This document shows, piece after piece, positions 51,946-62,478 of a stretch of 64,000 nucleotides of DNA. Every line of letters starts with the position of its first letter. Position 1 is the first letter of the stretch. The stretch is from Octopus vulgaris (Eukaryota). The notes beneath the pieces are model-generated. The model ran no database searches and was not told where the DNA came from. It saw nothing but the letters and a program-made list of their open reading frames with translations. Where the stretch lies: positions 2,108,001 to 2,172,000 of the forward strand of contig OX597835.1 in NCBI GenBank assembly GCA_951406725.2, given 5' to 3'. A program made the translations under genes and the position numbers.

Positions 51946-52350
51946 CTTAAAAGAGAAGAAACAAAAAAAAGGTAATAAGGACAGACATCTATGATTGCAG
52001 AATAACAAGATAAATACGATTCAATGAGGTCGATTTACGTATTGACCTCTAATTACTGGTATACCAACGTTGTGGGCTTTAAATAAACATACAGACATAT
52101 ATTCACACGCATTTAGTGTTATCTTGAAATTTGGTCCCCGAGTCTCCCTTCGGCAGAAAACGATGTGGACGAAACCGATCGATTCAAGATTTACTCTTCT
52201 TTCTCAGCTTTAAATGTTTATTCAACGAGTTCAGTAATAATGGTAAGATTTGGAAATACTTGCAAACCATAGAATTATTCTAAATTCTCATGACAGCCCA
52301 ATGATCGGTTAGAGGAAGCTCTGAGCTTGGGAAATTTTCTCAGCTCCAAT

Positions 52351-52401
<51 letters not shown>

Positions 52402-52426
52402 ACACAGAGACACACAGAGACACAGA

Positions 52427-52483
<57 letters not shown>

Positions 52484-52647
52484 ATATATATACGACGGGC
52501 TTCTTTCAGTTTCTGCTTACCAAATCCACTCACGAGGATATAGTAGAAGGCACTGTTTCTTTACTAAGATGTAATTACCAGATCGTAATAAGTAATTTGT
52601 CATTAGCTAGATTCCCTGACAAAAAAATAATAAATAAACGCTCTCAC

Positions 52648-52798
52648 CTGGCTCCACCGCTTCCTGTGCCTTATTCTATTTTTGTCTTTTAGGTGGGCGA
52701 CCAGATTGTTTCCACCAGGAAGGATCCATTCCAAGCGGTCTCCATACGGCGTACTACATATCGTCGGTTTCTCGATAAAGACGTCTGTGTGGATTGCG
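52648..52798 (-). CDS. CHS: Chitin synthase exon (not in ORF track)
   Basis: tcaag|CGCAATC ... CAG|gtgaga; TPYGDRLEWILPGGNNLVAHLKDKNRIRHRKRWSQ. Confidence 0.93.
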
Positions 52799-53548
52799 CT
52801 TGAAGAGACAGAAATATAACCTCAACAATTTTAAGAAATCAGTCAATAATGTAGTCAACAACAGCAAAAAGAAGCAATTATTGAAAATGCAAAATTTTTT
52901 ATTCTACTTGGTATTCAATCGTCATATTGTTTGAAAAGTGGTATATTTTATTCAAATTTCCAAAACGATAAACAAAAGTTGTAGAGGAAGAATAGACACT
53001 ACAGATAGGTGACTACCAAATTCAATTGAAACCGTAGATCCGACTGTGGGGGTTGGTTCCAGGTGTGGTGTAAGTATAAGAAGAGTACACAAATGGGATT
53101 TAAAATTCACGACAACCGTTTCGGTAGAATTCTATTGATGTACCTATGGATTATATCATAACATAGAATACACCGTCTGCAGGCAAAATTTTAAACAGGT
53201 AAGATATCAAACAGGTGAAATAATACATCCATCGTGATGAATCCAACAAAAGTTGTGGGACAAGTGGTACTTTGGAAAATAACATTCGAATTTAGAGGAA
53301 AATTAGGAGTGGTTTTAACGGGCATGCAAGAAGCAAAGGGATCAAATGACTATCCTTTCAAATCATTTATATAAATTACGAGGGTTGCTGAAACGTTTTT
53401 GTCTTTAAGGGCATCACGAAAGGCCTGCTTTGAGGCCCAACTTTCCGAGTTCTTTTACAGGGCTTAAAACAAAACTGACGGATCGCTGCGATAAGTGTGT
53501 GGATCTGAGAGGGGAATATGGTGAATAAAATCATAATTAACTGATCCG

Positions 53549-53638
<90 letters not shown>

Positions 53639-53830
53639 CACATACATATATACGACGGGCTTCTTTCAGTTTCCGTCTACAAAATCCGCTCACAAGGCTT
53701 TGGTCAGCCCGAGGCTATAGTAGAAGACACTTGCCCACGGTGTCATGCAGTGGGACTGAACCCAGAACCATGTGGTTCGTAAGCAATCTACTTACCGTAC
53801 AGTCACTCCTACGCCTATATATATATATAC

Positions 53831-53868
<38 letters not shown>

Positions 53869-54100
53869 TGAAACAAAGAGGGAAATTAATAAGGGATTAG
53901 AAATCCAGGCGAAATGCTTCTTAAGCTCTCTAACACGTAACATGCAAATCCTGGGATCTCTGTTGTATTCCAGGTAATCCGAAATGAAAGTCTGTCACTC
54001 GTCAATTTGCAAATCCATGGTGCCGCTACCAAGTCAAGATGGTATGTTTTTACTTGGTGACAGAGAAACTAGACAGAAATAACAGGTTATATGCATTTGC

Positions 54101-54163
<63 letters not shown>

Positions 54164-54471
54164 CTAGCAGTATCGCCCGGCGTTGCTCGGGTTTGTAAGG
54201 GAAATAACTATATAAGCACTTTTAGAGAGTTACTTCCCTTATATAAAACCGAGTAAAAATGCATTAAAAAAACGAAAAAAATGATGGTAAATTTTTTTTT
54301 AATCGTAGACTTATCGTAGACGCGCGCTAATACCCAGAAGGGCTCGATATGAATCACGACTATAAGATACCCGCTTTTGGTTAAACTGCACCGCAAATGT
54401 GGGAGTAGTTAGGAATCTAAATTGGTGTGGACAGACTCTCACACACACAACTTAAGTTTTATATATAAAGA
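54164..54471 (-). mobile_element. Non-autonomous Helitron
   Basis: Reverse complement of the 10434 element without its insert; lies within a (TA)n array. Confidence 0.75.
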
Positions 54472-54491
54472 TATATATATCTATATATATA

Positions 54492-54526
<35 letters not shown>

Positions 54527-54755
54527 ATATATATATATATATATATATATATCAGCGGCTGGCGGCTGCTTCGGGTGGGTGAGTGGTTCCGTCTTATCAG
54601 TCGATCGTTTGCTGAAAATATAGAGAACCGCTACCCTAGGATATGTTCTTCAGAACCGCAACCAAACCAACTGCCCATAAAAAGAAAGCACGGTATTTGG
54701 ATAGTGTAGAATTATTAAAGAGCTAAGGTCAACCTTGGCTCGGACAACAGGGGTA

Positions 54756-54827
<72 letters not shown>

Positions 54828-54934
54828 AGATAGATAGTTAATCCAAACAAGAAAGCACAAAAAAATACAACAACGCGAGGACGTGGAACAAATGTAGTAT
54901 TATTGGACGCCCAGGAAAGAAGGAAAGAAGGAGG

Positions 54935-54969
54935 GTTTAACGTTTCGAGCGGAGCTCTTCGTCAGAAAC
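54935..54969 (-). ncRNA. Minimal type I hammerhead ribozyme motif in a short (TA)n-flanked element (about 54828-55020)
   Basis: Minus strand reads GUUU-CUGACGA-A-GAGC-UCC-GCUC-GAAAC-GUU-AAAC: complete core, stems I and II, and palindromic AACGUU stem III. Confidence 0.7.
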
Positions 54970-55017
54970 ATAGGAGAAGGAAAGATCCAGAGAAGGGAAG
55001 ACAGAGGAAAAAAATCG

Positions 55018-55058
<41 letters not shown>

Positions 55059-55265
55059 CACCTCATAAGAGAAAAAAAACCCATCAAAATTTTCTCTTAA
55101 ATATATTTATTTATATTATATAGAGGGCATTACTATACATACATGCCACACGCTAGAAGGGACTCTTAAAGTAAAAACCTACAAAAATAAATAAATACTT
55201 GTTTTGGTAGTTTTGACTTTAAGAGTCCCTTCTAGCGTGTGGCATGTATGTATAGTAATGCCCTC

Positions 55266-55319
<54 letters not shown>

Positions 55320-55655
55320 ATAATAATACAATTAATCAATTTATAAGTAATAATCTTACCAAGTAGTTCGGTATGTGAATGGATTTGGCAGACGGAAACT
55401 GAATGAAGCTCGTCGTTTATATGTTTATATATATGTATTTGTGTGCCTGTGTTTGTTCCCCACTATCATCACTTGACAACCGATGCTGGTGTGTGTACAT
55501 CCCCGTAATTTAGCGGTTCGGCAAAAGAGAGCGATAGACTAAGTACTAGGCTTACAAAAATATAAATCCTGGGGCTGATTTGTTCGACTAAAGGTGGTGC
55601 TCCAGCATGGCTGCAGTCGAATGAGTTAAACCAGTAAAAGAGTAAAATAATGTAT

Positions 55656-55706
<51 letters not shown>

Positions 55707-55768
55707 CTCTATATATGTCTATATATATGTTGTATTTTTGTATTTGTTGTAAGAGGAAAATAATTTAC

Positions 55769-55868
55769 CTGCCTGCCTTTTCTACCAATCTCATTAGACA
55801 TTCGACATATGTATTGATTTGGAGTTGACCGTCTGTTTTTGTATAAGCATCATCAACAAATATGTGGC
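55769..55868 (-). CDS. CHS: Chitin synthase exon (not in ORF track)
   Basis: tacag|GCCACA ... GGCAG|gtaaat; (G)HIFVDDAYTKTDGQLQINTYVECLMRLVEKAG. Confidence 0.88.
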
Positions 55869-56353
55869 CTGTATTAAATATATAAAATAAATAAATGATC
55901 TAATATGTCGAAACTGCACCGTTTTATAATCTACATTCAATCTGAGAAAGATCGGTTCCACGATAATTGGGACAAAACTTATGACTCACCTTCTTAATAC
56001 GACAAAATATATAATATACATTGAATACGGAGATTTTCGGGTCATGTTTACATTTTAGGGGGTTCTTGCTGGCCTTTTGGAGCCCTCAAGATGGCGGCCC
56101 AGCCAGAAGTCGATAGCCAATAGCAAAGGGAGATAATCCCCAATTGCTACCTTTAAGTAGTGAGGTATTTCCTCCACCATATTTTTAAGGTCTTGAGCCA
56201 ACAGGTTCCGGGATCTGACGATACGCCATGATGCTAAACCATTTCTAAAACAGACATTAGTTTGTTTACATTTATCGTAATTTGAATTTCAGCTTTGCAG
56301 CGTTCTGCTTGGTAGCTTTATAAGTTGTAAAATTGCAGATTAATTTGTCAGTG

Positions 56354-56425
56354 GGTAGTTTAGCTTAACTGGTAAAACACCCGATCGGTAATCAAAGGGA
56401 TGTGGGTTCGAATCTAATGGACGGT
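56354..56425 (+). pseudogene. Degenerate tRNA-like sequence (GGT in the anticodon position, Thr-like)
   Basis: A box TAGCTTAACTGGT and B box GGTTCGAATC at tRNA spacing; the stems do not pair fully. Confidence 0.45.
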
Positions 56426-56666
56426 TGCTGACAATTTCAAATCACAATTCAATCACGGTTTGATCATGTGCGCAACCGATATTTTGTCCAATCAGCGGCT
56501 GTTGTTCACCTGATAGTTCTTTAGACCGTCAGGAACTTTCTTTGGGCAAATCCTATAAATACAGTCAATAAAGTCGTCATTTTCACAGAGTGTTAACATC
56601 CGAGCCGGTATGGCGTTCTCCATTCTCATGGGTAGAGCTTCGAATTACCTGTATATTTGCTTAATA

Positions 56667-56867
56667 CAGTGCTTTTCAAACTTTTTGCTGGAGCGGAACC
56701 CCAAGGAAACATTCGACTGGCTCGAGGAACCCCTGTGCAATAATTTAATAGTCTTATGCACACATATCTGCACAGGACAATTAAAAATTACTGCCGATTT
56801 TAGCAGTTTTGTAACTTCTTGCGGAACCCCTGGACTGTACTGGCGGAACCCTGGTTGAAAACCACTG
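56667..56867. mobile_element. hAT MITE
   Basis: TIR CAGTG(C/G)TTTTCAA and a perfect 8-bp target-site duplication GCTTAATA. Confidence 0.88.
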
Positions 56868-57665
56868 GCTTAATATATCAAAACCAGCGCAAGTGTTAAA
56901 CTTCGGACAGACATTTTCCTTGCATGTTATATCATATTGGTTCCACTTTACTGTTTCCATCAATTGTAATGCATGAATATCTTTTCATACCAATGCAACA
57001 TGATCAATTATGTTCAAATACTTATGCAGTGTTGTAAAATTACAGCACGAATGTTTCTGTTAACTTCGTTTTATGTGGAGACAACACGCAGCCTAAACAA
57101 TATTTAAATTACTCATCAAACCGGCGTCATACACTCATTCAGCCTAACTGAAAACGTTTTGACTCTCCACTACTAACCGTGTGGTGTATGTCACATATTG
57201 ATTTTTACATCTTTAAATGTGTACAACATTTAAAAATTAACAAAATGTAAAGAAGAGACAAGTTGTTTCTATACATAGCCTTGTATGATCTCGAATTCAG
57301 CTTTTATTTCCCTCTGGCTTGTAAATCATTTCCAGTCCGATCAACCACCCAAAAAGTTGGTTTTGCTTTAATTGATTAGAGGTTATGCGAATTACGTTGG
57401 AATGACTGTGTCATTACAAATCAGACTTTGTGACATCATAGCTCAAACTCGAACCCATGTATAACGCACTGAAACAAGTTTTAAAAAATCGAAACAGCTA
57501 CGTCAGTCACTTTCCTTATATTGAAAAGATACACGAGGAAATATGAAGCAATGCTGCAATCAACTCATCGCTCATACAGTGACCAATAACTGTATTTCTA
57601 GCAAAAGTGAACACGGGGTGGGGTGGGGGGGGGGGGCAGGGACAGAAAAGAGAGAATAAAAGAAC

Positions 57666-57745
57666 CTTCGAATTCATAGTAGTCGTTATCAACGATGCCA
57701 ACTTTGTCTTGCATGAAACTTCGTGTGAATTGGTCTTTGTCCATT
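57666..57745 (-). CDS. CHS: Chitin synthase exon
   Basis: tgcag|AATGGAC ... GAAG|gttctt (weak donor); MDKDQ...DYYEFE. Confidence 0.85.
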
Positions 57746-57879
57746 CTGCAAGAAAAGTAAAGTGAAAAATTGGTTTTCATTTTGTTTTTAATTGTATAAT
57801 TATCAAACAAATATCGAATATTTATTTTCAATATTTTAAATATCAAAGTAGAATATTCATTTGCTCTATGTATGTATGA

Positions 57880-57950
<71 letters not shown>

Positions 57951-58052
57951 TATGTATGTATGTATGAATGTGTGTATGTATGTGTGTGTGTGTGTGTGTA
58001 TTTTCCCTCCTTTTAATTTAGAGTTAATTTTGATTGGCACAATCACACACAC

Positions 58053-58105
<53 letters not shown>

Positions 58106-59707
58106 TTCACACCTCAAACACATTCTTTGTTTCCATAATATTTCAGCTTTTGAAACGTCTAAAAAAAATTTTTTTTGACCAATCTCTTCCATTCCTCTCG
58201 GATCTTTCTGTTATTAATCCGAGCGCCACCTGTCCGGTATTGAATTAAATACTGGTCTAATTTCCATTTAAGTGTTTCCCCAGGTAAGATAATTCTAGTG
58301 GAGTCCGTTGCTCCCACCAGGACATGGGGGTCATGAGCTCTGAAGGCGCCTCCCTTTTTCACTCGACGAGCTCACACCAAAGGCTTGTTTAGTGATAAGG
58401 CAGCCCTGGAATACATCGTCGCAAGTGGCAGGATTTCCATATTCATTTGCTTATGGCTCCCATGCTTTATTCATTTAGATATTAAAATAGAAAACGGATT
58501 TATTCTTAAATTATTTAATTAGAAACTTAATATAGAAATAGAAAATAAAATCATTACGGTTCAGTGAAGCCAGCGAGGGTGCTACAACGTGGTCTCCCAC
58601 GCCTGCTAAAAAGAACGACTCAATTTTTGCTCACACACACACTTTACCGTTTTAAAAAGGGAAGGTCACATTGGAGAATGTAGTTCTTGATATTCAATAC
58701 TTGCCTTCCATCTCTAACGTCAAGGTACAGCTGTACATGTTTAGGGTACAGGAAATACCTGAGCGATGGTGTCTAGACGGTCCACAACACCTTCCGAATT
58801 CATTTAAGTGCTCTTTTTCTTATTTTTACGAGCTACAGTTATAACTAGGTCTCAAATAATGAGCCAAGGCAGGAACTGCTACAGGTTCATCCAGATTGCT
58901 AGACATAGTAACCAAATCTCTCTCGAATAACATAAAACAACTAACTCGGGGAAAGGAAAAGACACATTCTGAAACAATGTGGGCTGGTCATGGCTGGAAC
59001 AACTTTGATTATAGGTCTGATCATTCAGGACTGACCCGGAGCTGACCCACCACCACCACCACCACCACCAACACCACCGACTTCCTACGCAACCGCTGAG
59101 CCTGGATGCGCATTCATCCATCCGTCGATGCTCTCGGTGTCGGGGGTTGACCTGCTTTCTCTTCTGCGGGTCTTACGAATAGCAATGGACCACGTTTCGG
59201 GCTTCTCCCACTACAGAGGCGCGATCTTGCGAGCTCCGGGACGAAGACCACTTCGCTCAACAGCAACAGCAGCAACAACATAATTACTTTGCAATTTCAC
59301 CGTTGCATTCCTCGGGTCTCCTTGATGCAGCTACGATTATTTCTTGATAGAATTACAGCACAATCACTCAATGCGCTACGGTTTCCGTGTGCTGATTGCG
59401 CAATTAAATACGCCCTGGTGTGCAGCGGTTGATTATACAGTAATTATATAACTGGGTCATTCCATGTGAATTCAACCAAAGTTTAAAATATTTTGCACCT
59501 GACCAACTCAGATTTACCTCCATAGCTTTTGGTAATACCTCTTTACACATAAGAAACACTTGCATAATTCTAAGGTGTAACTCATAAGGGTTTCAAAGAT
59601 ATGTCCGCCACAACACTCATTCCGTTTAACAAACCAATCTTCCGGCACTCACAAAATTAAATAAATAATAATTACGATAACCGCTGCGGAAAAATGGAGA
59701 GGAATAC

Positions 59708-59850
59708 CTAAATATCGACTTCAATAATTGTAACATTTCGTTTTCCGTTTCATGCCACATTGTTGCACATGCGTAAATTTTTGGTGTGGACCCAAGTCTA
59801 TACATACGAATACCGTCCGCATCATATTTCATGGCACTGATCTTGATTTC
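59708..59850 (-). CDS. CHS: Chitin synthase exon
   Basis: tttag|GAAATC ... TTTAG|gtattc; IYACATMWHETENEMLQLLKSIF(R), the CATMWHET motif. Confidence 0.93.
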
Positions 59851-60709
59851 CTAAAAAGAAAAAAAAGGGGGACAAAAAACAAACAATTAATGGTTTTGAT
59901 AAAAAAATTAAAACTCTATAATTAACACCCACCTCAGAAAAACAAATGAAAGAAAATGTTAGCAAGGAGGTGGCATCTTTAGGGTCTCTCGGGTGTGTAG
60001 AGAAGTGTCATTGTGTAGTGTGTGTGTGTTGGCCAGAGGAACTCTGTCTCCTGAAATCTTATCTTGCCAAAGTCAAATTTAACTTCCATTTTTACAGGGC
60101 TAATATGATACTGGTCATATACCGGGTGGGTGGGTGGATGGGTTTGCGATTATTCTGTTTGTTTATATTATTCTCTCTCTCTCTCTCTCTCTCTCTCCCT
60201 CTCTCTTCATACATAGAATCCACTACAAGAGGGATCGTGGTGTCAGGGTTAGCTCCCTTGCTCAACCATTTCCCAGAAATGGAGAACGATTAAGTAAGGG
60301 AATAGTAACAACCTCTTCTCAAAGAAGAAAAAGCCTGATTTGCTCAGGGACCGTTCAGGGACGATTCCATGTACGATACATCGAGAAAGAGAAATAAAGA
60401 AGAAAATCAAATAAAGAAGGTTTGCAGCGTTTAGGGGCTCTTTTGAGGGAGTCAGAAACTGACGAAAGATAAAAGAAAGGAAAAGAAGGAAAGGAAGAAT
60501 TTATTTTCACACCAGAAACACAGTAACGAATGTTTGACACAGAATGGATTCTTCTAAAGGTGTCTCAGAGCCAGGTAGCTGGGGTGTTTGACAGAGCGAG
60601 AGATTGAGCCTACCACTCAATATTGCTTCCGACCACGTTTTAGACCAGCTCCGTTCCGTGCCATTGCAATACTGCGCGTTCCATTTACGGATATGAAACA
60701 GACTCTTAC

Positions 60710-60806
60710 GTTTTGGTCCGCTTTCACTTCACCTTTGTCGTGTTTTCGGTTTAGAAGCAGATCTTGGTCCAGCAGGATTCCGCAGTAACTCAATTTGAAG
60801 AACAAT
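60710..60806 (-). CDS. CHS: Chitin synthase exon
   Basis: tgcag|ATTGTT ... AAC|gtaaga; LFFKLSYCGILLDQDLLLNRK. Confidence 0.85.
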
Positions 60807-60959
60807 CTGCAGAATAAAAGTAAAATTTTTTTTTAAAGTTCATATAATAAAAAAGAAAAGAAAAAGAAATTCATTGAATTGTTGATATCGCCGTTTCTGT
60901 CATCATCATCATCACCATCACTTCCACTATCAACAGAATCCTGAGCATAACAATCAATC

Positions 60960-61412
60960 CTCCCCCTCCCCCCTCCGCCTCTCCCTTTCTCCTCCTCCGC
61001 CTCTCCCCTTCTCCTCCTCCGCCTCTCCCCTTCTCCCCCTCCGCCCTCCGCCTTCTCCCCCTCCGCCTCTCCCCTTCCGCCTCTCCCCTTCTCCCCTCCG
61101 CCTCTCCCATTCTCCCCCTCCCCTCCTCCCCATCAACCCTTTTCCTCCTCCTCTTCCTCCCCTCCTCCTCTTCCTCCCCTCCTCCTCTCCCTCCCCTCCT
61201 CCGCTTCCCCTCTTCCTCCCCTCCTCCGCTTCCCCCTCTTCCTCCCCTCCTCCGCTTCCCCCTCTTCCTCCCCTCCTCCGCTTCCCCCTCCTCATCCCCT
61301 CCCCCCGATCCCCATCATCCTCCTCCGCCCCGCACCCCTCTCCCATCCCCAGTCTCCTCCTCCCCATCATCGTCATCGTCCTCGTCGTCATCATCATCAT
61401 CATCATCATCAT
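60960..61412. repeat. C/T-rich low-complexity tract with CCTCCGCCTCTCCCCTT-type units, ending in (CAT)n
   Basis: Directly visible; source of the G/E/R-rich spurious ORFs. Confidence 0.9.
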
Positions 61413-61468
61413 AACAACAAAAAAACAAAACAGTGTCAACAACATCAACAACAAAAGCTCGTACTTAC

Positions 61469-62379
61469 TTCCTGTCTTTGGCAAGTCTCTCGATTTTCGG
61501 GTACCACACGTGCCTCGTGGTTATTACATAAGCGACGAACAGCAGGGTCAACAAGAAACTGTTGCAGCCGAATTGTTGGAGAACGTCCGCAAAGTGATCG
61601 CAGTTTACTTGTTCAAAGTTCAGAAATGACGTTGGTCTGTATTGTACGTAGGAGACCACGAAGAAGGAAGCCGGGCCAACGATGATCAACGGGAAAGAAA
61701 AAGACAGGTTCTGCAGCATCAGTTTGCAGGCAACTTTCGCAAATTGAAAACATAAAAAGGACGATATAATGTTAATGCTTGCGAAAGTAAACGGTTCATT
61801 GAAATGGGGATCGGATCTCAGAGTCGTTTCTGATAATCCGCAATGTGAATTTTTTTTGTTTGCGAAGATCATAACTTCTGTGCACTCATTGTTAAGTGAA
61901 AAATAAAGAGCCGTCAATAAAAGGTTGAGTGCTATTTTCACTGGTGACATGAAAACATTACTTCCGGCTTTGTTTTTTTTTATTTGGGATAAAATAGTTG
62001 TTAAGGATTTATTTTCTATGATATCGGCAAAAGACTCCCACCAGCGTATAGACACGAGAACCAGCGGAATGGGAATCAAATAGTGCAAAGAGGGTTTGCA
62101 TTTATATTGGAAATATGTGTAAGAGGCGATAAGAGTGACGGTAAGGAGAAAAACCAATACAGTCAGAAATATTCTGCCAAAAGATTTTTTTGTTGAATAG
62201 TCAGCAGTGTAAGATGAGGGTTCCTTGAACAGTAAAATAGAAGCAACGAAGTCAATGAGACACGGAAAGAATGTGATGCCATATATTATAAGCACTGCCT
62301 GCACTGGTTCCACGTTTGGCAGCAAAACAAACACGAGCATCCATAAACCAACAGTGTGAAGACATTCTGTTACGCAAAT
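61469..62379 (-). CDS. CHS: Chitin synthase, N-terminal multi-transmembrane exon (gene starts upstream, probably beyond the window)
   Basis: ttttccag|ATTTGC ... AGGAA|gtaagt; hydrophobic helices with SIRWWESF, FAKVACKLMLQNLSFSFPL and HVWYPKIERLA, typical of metazoan chitin synthases. Confidence 0.9.
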
Positions 62380-62425
62380 CTGGAAAACAAAGAAGAAATT
62401 CGTGAGAAAACTGACAGAAATACAC

Positions 62426-62478
<53 letters not shown>

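Noticed and set aside
56354-56425. Functional tRNA-Thr
   Set aside because: Acceptor, anticodon and T stems do not pair, and position 33 is C.
60954-61484. G/E/R-rich ORF
   Set aside because: Low-complexity purine tract in a CHS intron.
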